IMG/VR virus record: IMGVR_UViG_3300020036_002522
Strand: one strand, 5' to 3'
Length of the DNA stretch: 64,000 nucleotides
Source: a virus
The position numbers and the translations under genes were made by a program. The notes below the pieces were generated by a model. It was given only the letters and a program-made list of their open reading frames with translations, did not search any database and was not told the origin of the DNA. This document shows, piece by piece, positions 9,475 to 20,700 of this stretch (within the stretch, counting starts at the first letter, position 1; each line of letters starts with the position of its first letter).

Positions 9475-9879
9475 ATGACAGATGACATTGTTCCCATGGA
9501 CAGACTTGCAAAAGTCTACGTGAAGATTCGTGAAAAGATCAGTGAACTGACGAAGGATTATGAGTCCCAAGTCGAAGCGCTCAAGGCGCAACAGGCCACG
9601 GTGGCCAGCACTATGAAGGACCAGTTGCGCGCTATGGGCTCGCTGTCCTCCAAGACCGAATACGGCACCGTATCGCTGATCACCAGTGTGCGTTACGTTG
9701 CGATGGACAAAGACGCGTTCAAGCAGTTCGTGTTGGATCAGGCCATGCCCGACCTCTACGAGCAACGTATTGCGCAAAAGAACATGGCGGAGTTTATCGA
9801 CAAGAACCCCACCATTGCCGTGCCCGGACTCAATGTGATGTCCGAAGTAACCATCTCCGTAAGGAAACCAACGAAATGA
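9475..9879 (+). CDS. Mu Gam-like (host nuclease inhibitor-like) protein, tentative
   Basis: ORF 9379-9879 trimmed to ATG 9475 after AAGGAGAAAACAC. N-terminal coiled coil, then KTEYGTVSLITSVRYV...AFKQFV...PGLNVMSEVTISVRKP, which resembles the Gam-family layout as remembered. Confidence 0.45.
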   Translation: MTDDIVPMDRLAKVYVKIREKISELTKDYESQVEALKAQQATVASTMKDQLRAMGSLSSKTEYGTVSLITSVRYVAMDKDAFKQFVLDQAMPDLYEQRIAQKNMAEFIDKNPTIAVPGLNVMSEVTISVRKPTK

Positions 9880-10205
9880 TCACCCCGACTATTGGCCGCA
9901 AAATCTGGTTCTGGCCCAACCAAACTGCCGACGCAAGCTATACCGTGCTCGACGCCAAACAAGCGTTTGATGCATCGGTTGTGTTTGTCGCGAAGGACGA
10001 ACGCGTGAACATCACCTTCAGTGACCACACGGGCACCCCTTTCATTCGTCATAACGTGTTGGTACATCAAGGCGGCGAGCCGGTAGCAGCGGGCACGTGC
10101 TACTGCGCGTGGATGCCGTACCAACAAAGCGCTGCAGCCGCAGCAGCACCCGCCGCTTTCGTGTCAGAGAAAACTACCACTTCCCGTAAAACAACTTCCA
10201 AGTAA
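9876..10205 (+). CDS. hypothetical protein (109 aa)
   Basis: ORF track; ATGA junction 9876-9879. Confidence 0.55.
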   Translation: MITPTIGRKIWFWPNQTADASYTVLDAKQAFDASVVFVAKDERVNITFSDHTGTPFIRHNVLVHQGGEPVAAGTCYCAWMPYQQSAAAAAAPAAFVSEKTTTSRKTTSK

Positions 10206-10219
10206 CCCGAGAAAAAATC

Positions 10220-11272
10220 ATGGCCACAAACCAAGTAACAGTTTTCAATCCTTCCGCAATGCGTCCCGCCTTCGCTACCAAAGGCGCTGTGTCTGCAGTC
10301 ACCAAGGCCTTGGCCGGCGGTGCCAACTCCGGCAAGCGTGTGTCGGTGCGCGGCGGCGTGTTCCGCCTGATCGCTGATGGCAAAGAAGTCGCCGCCATCG
10401 ACGAGCGCTACCTCGACGTGGTGTTGGTCAACGCGGCGCCCAAGGTCAGCCGTTCGTTCTACACCGGCACGTTCGATGCGGACAACCCAACCCCTCCTAC
10501 CTGCTGGTCCGCTGACGGCGACAAGCCCGACGATGCCGTGAAAGCCAAGTGCGCACCAACCTGCGCAAGCTGCCCCAACAACCAGAAGGGTTCGGGTCAG
10601 GGCGACTCCCGTGCCTGCCGCTTCAACCAACGTGTTGCCGTGGTGTTGGCTAACGACATCGAAGGCGACGTCATGCAGCTCACACTGGCCGCGACATCCA
10701 TCTTCGGTAAGGCCGAAGGCGAGAACCGTCCGCTGCAAGACTATGCGCGTTTCCACGCCGCACAGGGCAACGACATTACCATGATGGTAACTCGCCTGCG
10801 CTTCGACACCACGGCTGCAACGCCTAAGCTGTTCTTCAAAGCCATGCGCTGGTTGACGGAAGACGAGTTCGCCATCACCTCCGAGAAGGGTTCGTCGGTC
10901 GAAGCCATTCAGGCTATCACCATGACGGTATCGCAGCAAGACGGTGTGGCTCCTGCCGCTGCCGCGCCGCTGCCGGCGCCCAAGCCAAAGGCAAAACCTG
11001 CGCCCGAGCCAGAGCCCGAGGAAGAAGCGGAGCCGCCCGCACCAGCGCCCAAGGCGAAGGCAAAACCCGCACCACTGCCGGACGACGAGGAAGCGCCCGC
11101 ACCCGCACCGAAGCCCCGCGCCAAGGCCGCAACGAAGCCCGCTCCCAAGGAGTATGCGCAGGGCGGTGAGGAAGAGGAGGCCGCACCGGTGGTCAAGAAG
11201 GCCGCTGCAACTCCGGCACCCGTGGCCAATGCGAGTCTTGCCGCTGTGCTCGACGGTTGGGATGACGAGTAA
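10220..11272 (+). CDS. putative ssDNA-binding protein with Cys cluster, Pro/Ala/Lys-rich linker and acidic tip
   Basis: Sits inside the replication module. Cys cluster PPTCWS...CAPTCASCPNN...ACRF; about 100 aa of PAPKPKAKPAPEPE low complexity; C-terminal LDGWDDE like SSB acidic tails. Confidence 0.45.
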   Translation: MATNQVTVFNPSAMRPAFATKGAVSAVTKALAGGANSGKRVSVRGGVFRLIADGKEVAAIDERYLDVVLVNAAPKVSRSFYTGTFDADNPTPPTCWSADGDKPDDAVKAKCAPTCASCPNNQKGSGQGDSRACRFNQRVAVVLANDIEGDVMQLTLAATSIFGKAEGENRPLQDYARFHAAQGNDITMMVTRLRFDTTAATPKLFFKAMRWLTEDEFAITSEKGSSVEAIQAITMTVSQQDGVAPAAAAPLPAPKPKAKPAPEPEPEEEAEPPAPAPKAKAKPAPLPDDEEAPAPAPKPRAKAATKPAPKEYAQGGEEEEAAPVVKKAAATPAPVANASLAAVLDGWDDE

Positions 11273-11349
11273 GTTAGTAGCCACTAACATAGTTTCTAGG
11301 GTGCGTCACACTTAACCGCAGCTGACGACTGCAGCCCTAGTTCTACATC

Positions 11350-11652
11350 ATGCGCTACTACTCAAAAATCGTAAAGCAGCGCGTCAAGGCCGGGCCTAAC
11401 ACACCCGGCCTTGAACTTGCCCGTCTCGCTATCCTGCGGGACATCTCAATAAAAGAGATTGCTTATCTACTAGGCGCGTCGAGAATGACGGTCTACAATT
11501 GGTTTGCTGGCAGACAGACAACCAACGCCTACCGGCAGCGCGTAACACAACTTGTCAACATATTGAAGACAGCGCCCGACAATGACGCTGCATGGAGTAA
11601 AGCATGCGAGACCTTTCACCCCCAAACACAACCGGTAACCAACCAGAAGTAA
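11350..11652 (+). CDS. helix-turn-helix DNA-binding protein (100 aa)
   Basis: IKEIAYLLGASRMTVYNWFAGRQ is a classic HTH segment. Confidence 0.65.
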   Translation: MRYYSKIVKQRVKAGPNTPGLELARLAILRDISIKEIAYLLGASRMTVYNWFAGRQTTNAYRQRVTQLVNILKTAPDNDAAWSKACETFHPQTQPVTNQK

Positions 11653-11677
11653 GTATCGCGCGTCGTCGCTCCGTCGT

Positions 11678-14551
11678 TTGATCGGGGCCAATATGAACAC
11701 CCAAGATTTTCTAACGGTTGTATTACCGACAGCCGGAAGGGGTTTCTATTGCGCCGTCGAGCTGCCGACCAAAGCGCAGACCTTTGTGAAAGATGTCGCC
11801 ACGCTGGATAACACCACGCTGCTGGCCTCAATCGGACAACGGGAAGCGTATTTTGCGTTGGCAACTTTCCAGAACGAGGGCAATCGCCGGGCGGCAAATG
11901 CGCTGGCGGTGCGCTCTCTCTTCGTTGACATCGACTGCGGACAGGGCAAGGCCTACGCCACCAAGCGCTTGGCCATCACTGCGCTACAGGACTTTCTCAC
12001 CACCACTGGACTTGTGCACCTTGGGCAGCCGTGGCTGGTTGATTCAGGTGGCGGGGTGCATGGGTACTGGCCGTTCGATGAAGATGTCTGCATTGAAGAT
12101 TGGCGCCCCGTGGCGGAGGCGTTCAAGCGCACCGCAAGCAGGCTGGGCCTCAAGATCGACATGACCGTAACCGCCGACGCCGCTCGAATACTGCGGCCAC
12201 CCGGCACCCACAACTACAAATACAACCCCCCAAGACCCGTCACCCTCAAACAGCAAGGCGCGCTGTTTGCTCTGCAAGATATTGCGGACAGACTTGACAC
12301 CGCCACCGCCGCCTCCCCCGGGGGCCCGACAGCCATCTCCCTACCCAGTCTGCGCCCCGCCGGTACACCCCCGGCGAAGATGTCCACCACCATGCGGGCA
12401 CTGGCTGGCAACAGCGTGACGTATTTCAAGAACATCGTAGTGCGCACCATGCAGGGCACCGGGTGCGGGCAGCTGCAGCACTACCTCGACAACGCACAAG
12501 ACGATGGCATGGAGCCGTTGTGGCGCGGTATGCTGTCTTTGGCTAAGGTGTGTGAAGATGCCGATAAAGCTGTTGTGCGCATAACTGATGCGCATCCTTA
12601 CCCACACAGTAGGATGCTGCAGAAACTGGGGGAGATCAAGGGGCCATACCCTTGCACCAAGATCGACTCCGAGAACCCCGGGATATGCGGGACGTGCACA
12701 CACTGGGGCAAGATCACGAACCCGTTGGCGCTGGGGCGCGAGGTGTCGGTCGACAACGCCGAGAAGGTGATCGAGATCGAACCCACGGATGCAGCGCCCA
12801 TCGGCACGCACCTGATACGCCCGGAACCCCCGCACGACTTCTCTTTCGGCACCCATGGCGGCGTGTACCGCACCGTGGAAAAGACCAACGCCAAAGGTGA
12901 TGTCACCACGGAAGAGAAGCTGATCATGCCCTATGAGTTTTTCATGGTTGATCTGCTTCAGGAGAACGAAACCTATATCTCCCGCTTTGCCGCCGTGCGC
13001 TCCAAGAGCGTCACCTACGTGGCCGTGCCCAGCGAAGTGCTGGCCAGCAAGGACTCCACGATCAAGTGCCTGTCAGCGCAAAACATCATGGCCTCGTTCG
13101 GTGCGGGCAACGACCAACATCTTTACGCCTACGTGCGAGCCAGCGTGGAAGCAGCAAGCGTCAACGACAGCGCATTGCGGGTGCCGCCCCGGTACGGTTG
13201 GCAGCCAGATCACAGCTTCGCGGTGGGGGAGCGCGTCATTCAGGAGAACCAGCAGGGGTACACCTTCCCGTCGAAGAACCTGCGCAACCTGATCAACGTG
13301 ACGCAGCAGAAGGGCGCCTTGGGGGACTGGCAGCGCTACGTGCAACTTATTCAGGACAAGCAGTTGTGGGACATGCTGGGCTTTCTGGGCGTGGGCTTCG
13401 GGTCACCACTCATGGAGTTCGCCGGTGCGGCCACGCCGGCCATGATGTTCCACGCTTGCAGCAAGGATTCCGGCCGGGGCAAGACCTTGGCATTGCAGTT
13501 GTGCGTGTCTGTGTGGGGGAACCCCTCAACGTACCCGGTCAAGCCCTCCACTTCTGAGCGCACGATGATGCAGCGGGCGGGCCTCTTGGGCAGTCTGCCA
13601 CTGGCGGTTGACGAGGTGACCGATGCGCAGCGCAAGTCAAAAGGCGAGTTCATCCCCACGTTGGTATTCGATCACTCGCAAGGTGGGCACAAGGTCAAGG
13701 GCAGCGGCGCGGCCAACGCCGAGCTCATCAACGACCTGTACTGGCGGGCGCTCGGCATCATCACATCGAACGAGCCTGCCATGGAGAAGATGCTGACGAT
13801 GCGCGACACCACGTCGTTCGGGGAGCTATACCGCATGCTGGAGTGGCAGGGTAAGGATGCCATAGCGTGGACCGACGCGGAGTTCCCCCTGAAGGACTTT
13901 CTCGAACATAACCACGGGCACGCCGGACGCATCTACGCAGAATGGCTTGTCAACAACCGGGCCGTCGCGCAGGAGATGACCGTACGCTGCATCGAGAAGG
14001 TGCGCAAGAAACTCAATTCCCCTGATGTCGAGCGCTTCTGGGTGGCCGGTGTAGGCGCCTGTCTAGCTGGGCTGATCCTTGCCGGACCCAAGTACGCGAA
14101 CATCTTCGACTTCAAGGTGCCTGCCATCTTCGACAACGCTTATGCACAGTGGGTTATGAACGCGCGCTCCCTTATGGCTGCCAACGTGCAGACCGCACAG
14201 GACTTGCTCAATTCCTACACACAAGAGTTCCATGGCAAGTTCGTCACGCTGGAACTGAAGAAGGGGCCAATGGCTGTGTTCCAAGACAACCGCAACGTGA
14301 CCCCGCAGAGCACCCGCGGCAGGGTAGCGGGACGCATCGAGTACGACATCCGCCCGGGTTGGGTCGACTACTTCATCGAGCTGACCACATTCAAGCGCTA
14401 CTGTGGTGAGCGCAACCACGGGTTCAACGCGGTGCTGACGGAGCTGCGCCAGTCAATGGTGGTGCGCGAGGGGCGCAAGGATTTGCTGGCCAAGACCGGC
14501 GGGCCGAAGATGTACGTGAAATGTCTTCTCATAAGCCACCCGATCGTTTGA
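11678..14551 (+). CDS. bifunctional primase-polymerase (AEP) / SF3-type helicase
   Basis: AEP motifs LFVDIDCG, SGGGVHGYW, RILRPPGTHNYK. P-loop SKDSGRGKT and Walker B LAVDEV. Alternative start at ATG 11693. Confidence 0.9.
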   Translation: MIGANMNTQDFLTVVLPTAGRGFYCAVELPTKAQTFVKDVATLDNTTLLASIGQREAYFALATFQNEGNRRAANALAVRSLFVDIDCGQGKAYATKRLAITALQDFLTTTGLVHLGQPWLVDSGGGVHGYWPFDEDVCIEDWRPVAEAFKRTASRLGLKIDMTVTADAARILRPPGTHNYKYNPPRPVTLKQQGALFALQDIADRLDTATAASPGGPTAISLPSLRPAGTPPAKMSTTMRALAGNSVTYFKNIVVRTMQGTGCGQLQHYLDNAQDDGMEPLWRGMLSLAKVCEDADKAVVRITDAHPYPHSRMLQKLGEIKGPYPCTKIDSENPGICGTCTHWGKITNPLALGREVSVDNAEKVIEIEPTDAAPIGTHLIRPEPPHDFSFGTHGGVYRTVEKTNAKGDVTTEEKLIMPYEFFMVDLLQENETYISRFAAVRSKSVTYVAVPSEVLASKDSTIKCLSAQNIMASFGAGNDQHLYAYVRASVEAASVNDSALRVPPRYGWQPDHSFAVGERVIQENQQGYTFPSKNLRNLINVTQQKGALGDWQRYVQLIQDKQLWDMLGFLGVGFGSPLMEFAGAATPAMMFHACSKDSGRGKTLALQLCVSVWGNPSTYPVKPSTSERTMMQRAGLLGSLPLAVDEVTDAQRKSKGEFIPTLVFDHSQGGHKVKGSGAANAELINDLYWRALGIITSNEPAMEKMLTMRDTTSFGELYRMLEWQGKDAIAWTDAEFPLKDFLEHNHGHAGRIYAEWLVNNRAVAQEMTVRCIEKVRKKLNSPDVERFWVAGVGACLAGLILAGPKYANIFDFKVPAIFDNAYAQWVMNARSLMAANVQTAQDLLNSYTQEFHGKFVTLELKKGPMAVFQDNRNVTPQSTRGRVAGRIEYDIRPGWVDYFIELTTFKRYCGERNHGFNAVLTELRQSMVVREGRKDLLAKTGGPKMYVKCLLISHPIV

Positions 14552-14742
14552 AGAAATACCCTTGGCCGCAGACGCAGCCCGGGGAAAGTTTCTTTGTGCC
14601 GGCGCTCGACACGGACAAGGCGGTGCTGGAGGGGCGGCAAGCTGCCGCGCACTACGATGTGCGCGGCTACTCCTACAAGGTGTGCGTCTACAAAGGCATA
14701 CTGGGCGTCATGTTCAAACGTCGATCGCGTCAAGCTCTTTGA
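14521..14742 (+). CDS. hypothetical protein (73 aa)
   Basis: ORF track; overlaps the end of the primase gene and converges on the giant ORF. Weak support. Confidence 0.3.
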   Translation: MSSHKPPDRLKKYPWPQTQPGESFFVPALDTDKAVLEGRQAAAHYDVRGYSYKVCVYKGILGVMFKRRSRQAL

Positions 14743-17700
14743 ACGCCTGCTCGACTGTTTCAGCAATCTCATTCCGCACCTTCTCCAACTCCCGTATACG
14801 CTGCGTCTTCTCGGTGGCAGGCATATCCGCATTACGCAGACGCTCCATGGCGGTATTGATGGCCCCCAACTTCTGCACGAATTTACCTGCCAGCGGTTGC
14901 GCACGTAAGTCTTTTATGTGGGAATCAATGAAGTCCTTGATTTCTTCCGCCGACGCCCCTCTGTTTCGCATGTTGCCAAGCGTCTGGTGTGCGACCGTCG
15001 CCTCCGATGCCCGGGCAAAAGCCATTTCGGAAGCGGCGCTGGTGGTTGGGTTCTGGAACAGCGACTTGATGAACGGCACCTGATCCAGCCGCTTCTCCGC
15101 TTGGGCTACGCCGCCCATCATTGGGTTGACCGCATCAAGCGTACCCATCACAACACTAACGATACCACCCATAACCTGATCGACAAACCATGCCAGTTTC
15201 TTGGGGGATGTCCCGGTGGCCTCGCCCAAAAGTTTGAACGCCTCCGGTGTGTTCGCATCGAACTGCTTCTCAGGAGTAAGCGAGGACAGACTGCGCGACA
15301 CGATCGGTATCGGTTTCCACGTATCCATGTTGCTGTTCAAGGACACGCCGATTGCCTGCTTCAGCCCCTGCGGGATAGGCAGGTTGCCTTGGTTTGGTAG
15401 TGCGCGCACACCGTACATGAACAGGGCTTTCAGCAACTGGTTTGCCTCAGCATTGTCCTTGAACCCCTCCACCAACGCCTGACCCATGGCGATGGCCATA
15501 CCGCCGCCTTCGGCGTATGTGTACGGCAGTTTCAGCAGCGTGTCAGTGCCCGGTAACGGGATGTGCAGGAAGCCGAACTTGTCGCTCGGTTTGAGCTTGG
15601 CGTACTCGTCGTTGTCCCCCATCATGGTGGCGTATGCCACGCCGCCGATGGCCAGCATCATCATGTTGTTGAGGTATGTTTGCCGGACTTTAAGCTCCTC
15701 CTCAAACGGCATCTTGCCTTGCAGCGCCTTGATGCTTACGTTGATAGCCTGAATGCCCGCGTTGAAGAACGGCAGCAGGCGGTTGGCGTGCTGGATAGTG
15801 GCCCATGCGCCGCGCTTGTGAAAATTCATGGACTCCATGACCCGGCGCTCGGCTTCGACTTCGGACAGCCCCCGCTTGATCGAGTCGTTGTACACCTGTA
15901 CCCGGGTAGCGGCGTCGGCCATGTGCGCGCTCTTGTCCAGCAGATTCAGGAACTGCCGCGTCTTGGAGGGGTTCGCCCCGTCGGCCAGCATGTGCGTTAG
16001 CTTTATGAAGTCGTCAAAATCTCCTGTCAATATGTTGCTCTGAACAAGCGCGCGGCGGTTCATGTCGTCGATGTCCGCGTTGCGGTTCGCCATCCCCTTA
16101 CCATACTCCTTGAACGCACGGGCAACGGCCGTCAGCGGGTTCGCCTCAAGCCCTGAAGTCGACGCAATGCTGGACGGGTCTTTGATGAGCTGGCGCAGCG
16201 TGTAAGCCGGCACCCGTGTAACACCTGCACGCAGCAAGTCGTTCAGATAGGACGACCACTTCAGGTACGCAGGCATGGTGGCGTGGTGCCCCTCGATGCT
16301 CTGTGCCAGCATATCAGTAGGAATACCTGCCAGCGCCGTGTTCTCGGTGTCGATCTCCAGAAAGCGGTCCCCTCTATCGCTGCTCCCGAGTGGCGTCTGC
16401 TTCCACTTCAGGTACTGGCGCCCTGCGGGGGGAATACCGGCTATGACGGACATCTTGTTCTTGCCGTTCGCAGCCTTGCCTTTTCCTGCCGCCTGCAGCA
16501 CGTAAGCGATGTTGCGCTTCGCCATGTTGACTAGCGCCATGTCAGTCAACAGCTTGGTGTTGTACATGATGGACTCGTTGATCGGCATGATGGCCTCGTC
16601 GCCGCCTTTCAACTTGTGCATGAACGGCGTGTTGGCAATGTCGCCGAGCCGGTGCCACTGACTGTCACCAAAAGCAATCTGCAAGATGCCCCCGTTGTTA
16701 CGGTACATAGGCACGTAGTCCTTGTGGCGTAGCATCTCGCTGGCCAGATCAGGCGTTATGGCTCCGGACTCCATGGCCCATGTAACAAGCGCTTCGTTGT
16801 ACTTGTCGTACAGGTTGTTGAAGTTGTTAAGCGCCGCCTTCAGTTCCGGGTCAGCGTTAACCTGTTGCAGAACAGCCGTCAGTTGTGCGGGGGTTGTGTT
16901 GAACGAGATTTTGTTGGCCCCCACCCGCAGCCCGCGCTTTGCCAGCCGGTACGATGTGGCCAGCTCGAATTTCGCAGCAGAGTTACCCCCGGGGATACCT
17001 TCGGCAGCCGCCAGAACTTCCATTGCGCTCGGAGCGCCACCCGCACGCTGACTGATGAGCCCTTTGCTGTCACGCACAGTCTCGGGTCCGCCGTTGGTCA
17101 TAAACTGCGATACAAGCGAGCTGCTGTACCCGGTACGCACCAGCGAATGCAGCGCCTGTTCTACCAGCTTGCCGTCCACACCCGCGCCCTTGGCCAGCTC
17201 CATGGCGTTCTTAACCGGGGCGTGCATGTCGACAACGCCAGTGTTCCACGCTTCAGATATGGAGTCCAGCACCCGCTGCATGGTTGTACGCGAGTCAGGC
17301 GGAACTACGTTTCCCACTTTGGTGATTGGCGTTCCAGCGAGGCGTCCGTAGTCAGGCGCAGCAGTACGGTACACCGCTTCACCCCCCGCGCTGTCGCCGC
17401 GCGCTTCCCCTCGTTTCACGTGTCTGCGAGCGTTGGCCACGATCTGGCGAACCTCACCATCGGTGACGCCCTTGAGCCCCAGCTTCTTCCACAGCCATTG
17501 TTTGACTGCGTAGAACACGCGGGACAGCGCGGCAGACACCCCCTCTTTACCCGGGGTGGTTTCCGACATATCGGCCAGCGTTTCTTCTACAGCAATCTCT
17601 TTTGACAAGCGGGGGTCTGCGGCCATCAGCTTGTCCGCCGCCTGCGCGACACTTGCGTTACCCTCATACAGCCGGTTCATAGTGTCGGTGTACGCGTCGC

Positions 17701-20700
17701 CCATCATGTCGCGAAGCCCGTAGTGGCCGGCTACCTCGTGTACGATAGTGAGCGCTACATCCCGCCCGTTATGCAGGTTGGCTGCGACCAAATAAACCGT
17801 CTTGCTGTCGGGGTCGAACAGACCGGGTACCTTGCCGGTCATGCCGTCCCGTGCCGCTTGGTCTTGCAGACGTTGGGGCAGTTGGGCTTCCGTGTCCACC
17901 ACCACGGTGTTCGGCGTGTTCGTCCACCCTTCCGTGATTCTGTTTGCAAGACGTGTAACTTCTGCCGCCTTCATACCCGTACCAGTAGTGGTAGACGTGC
18001 GATAGACGACGGGCGGTCCTGCAATATCCTCCCGACTGTCTTTTTCCAAGCGCTGCACGGCCGTACTGGCGGCAGGCAACGAGGTGTCTTTCTTGAGTGC
18101 TGCGTCGGCCGCTTTGACTGCCGCTATCGCATCCTTCAGCCGCTGCGCTGCAGCCGCTTTAGCAGGGGCGCCTGCCTTGGATTTCTGCACAGCATCGTTG
18201 GACAGCTTGGCCTCGGCGCGCTCCTTGATCGCTGCTTCCAAGTCGCGTGCCAGTTTAGCCCACACCATCTCGCTGCGCAGGGCGTTGCTCTCCCGCATGT
18301 CGTCGTTTGCCTGCGCCACGGCTTGTTCGGCAGTTACCTTGGGGTGAATCAGCTTCTCGGTAACCTTGTTACGCGTGCCGACCTTGGACTCTTTAGTGAC
18401 CGTTGTGGCTTCGCCAACGGAGCCGTCGGCCTGACGTTTCCCCGCCACAGCAGTGACGTCCCCGGAGATCATATCCCCTGCATTCAACGCGGTCTTGGTG
18501 GCCACGCCGCGCCGTACGGCCGGGCCCTGCGTGGCGGCAATGGTGGCAACGGACTGTCCGCGCTCTACCCGCGATAGGCGCTCGGTTATCGTAGTGATCT
18601 TCTCTTCCAGCGCTGCTTTCTTCTCCAGCAACCCCATACGAATGTTGGTGTCCTTGCCCCGCACCATGTCTAAGCGCTTCCAGTCCTCTTTGGCAGCGGC
18701 TATTTCTTCTTGGGCGTTGGCAATGGCCTTTGTTATGCGTGTGGGGATTAGTCCGTTAACCGCGTCGCGAGCCTTCTCTGCAGCATCCAGCTTGCGCTGG
18801 CCGTCCGCCATGCGGCGCTGTATATCAGCGCGTAACTGGGCAGCAGCTTCGGGGCTCATGTGGTTACGCTGTTTGAGCGTACTGCTCTTTTCCCGCAAGC
18901 CTTTGATACCGTTCTCCAGCCGGGTACGTTCTAGTTGCACGCGCGCTTGCACGTTGGTTATGGCCTTTTCCAAGTCTGCTTTTGGTAGCGACCTGTCAAA
19001 GAAAGAGGGCTTGTACATCTTTTCCAGCAGCGCTTCAGCTTCGGCCAGATTCTTCCGGAGCAGCTTTATCATAGGGTGCTGCATGTCTGTCTTGGCAGCA
19101 AGCCCTTCTATCTCGGCCTCAATGTTGGCCACGTCACCTTCGTAGCCGCCAAGTTCTTTACGCAACGCTGCGGGGTCGTCCGTGGTGTTGACACGTTCCT
19201 CAAACGCAGCACGCTCGGCGGCGGTCTCCGTTTGTTCTGGCCCGCTTACTACACCTTCTTTCAGTGCCTGTGCGGTGGTGGCTACCGCCGCGGGGTTGGC
19301 TTCCGCTACGGGGGCAGGCGAATTGAAGAACGCGTTCTGCGGTGTCGGAGCCGTACGCTCCATGGCTGGCAGTGACTTGACCAGTTCAATCTGGTCGCGC
19401 ATCATCTGCAAGGAATGGTCGTACACCCGCGCGCGGGCCGCAACAGCCTCGTCGTACACCTTGCGCGCGGTGCGGTACTCCTGCATAGCGTCAAGGTCCG
19501 TGTAGCCTTCTTCCTTGACGCGCGCAATGGCCGCGTTGACGATGCCTTCGGCAGCAGCAATCTCCTTGTCTGCGCGTTCCTCCAGCACCCGTTGGTCGTT
19601 TAACATTTCGCTCAACTTGGCGCGGGTATCTGCGTTGCGTACGTCGTCGGTGGCCGCGCCAAGCTCCCGCGCAGTCTTCATCACGTCTGTTTGTTTCTGC
19701 CGCTCGGCAGCCACCAGTTCCGCACGTTCGGCCCGGATGCTGTCGATGCCGGCCGCAATAGAATCGAGCTGGGCTTGTACTGCTTCACGCCGCACTTTAA
19801 GATTCGTCAACTGCTCCAGCGCCCACCCTTTGGAGTCGGGGTCGGGAGCCGTCTGGGACTCTTCCCCCATCTGCGCTTTTTCTGCCCGTGCAGCTTGCAA
19901 CCGCTCCCGGTACAGGTCGGCGGTCGCGTTCATCTGCTTGATGATGCGGTTCTGGTGTTCCAGCAGAGCGCTGCGGTGCGATGCAGACTGCGGGTTCTTC
20001 TGCAGATCGGCATTCTCTTTAAGACGTTCACGCAAGGGTTTCAGCGCATTGTCAAGCTCCGACATCAGCGTTGCTTCTTCAGCGGCAGCGGCACGTGCAC
20101 CCCCGACGAGTTCGGCCTTGTCCAGCGCCCGATTGGCGTCGATCATCTGTGTGTCGTAGACCGTGGGGGCCAGCAGCGCAGCAGCGTCAATGAGGGTGGC
20201 GGCTTCGCTCTCCATATCAACCGTAGAGGACGCGTGCCCGGCCCACAGGTCTGCAAGCGCGGCTTCGGTGCGCGCCAGATCGGCAAGCAGGTTCTCAAAA
20301 GACATGACGTCTTCTGTCAGCTCTGCGCGCGCATCGGCACGGGTGTCCCACGCCCCGCGAAGTGCGGCTTCCGTGCTGTTGTAGATTGCTTCTGTGTTCT
20401 TGACGTTGGCGGCGATACTGGCCTGCAGTGGCGACGGCTTCCCGCTGCGCAGCGCTTGCTCGTTCTCCATCACCAACTTGCGCGTCTCCTTAGCGCGGGC
20501 CACGTCAGTACGGGCCTTGGTCACGCGATCCAGCGAGGTCTTCTGGAGCTGCTCTATTTCGGAGGTCTTCCCCGCTACGGCTTTGCTCGCGGCCTTAGCC
20601 TTCGGGTCGGTGGCAGTGAAGTCGTCTATTTTCTTCAGCAGTGCCTGATACGCTTCCTGCTTCGCCGTCGCTTCCGCACGCGCGATGTCAGCCTTGATCG

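Noticed and set aside
10100-11315. 396-aa minus-strand ORF and other frames (10909-11229, 10917-11186, 10944-11315) over the SSB-like gene
   Set aside because: They are low-complexity artefacts of the PAPK-coding repeats and conflict with the tightly coupled + strand gene series.
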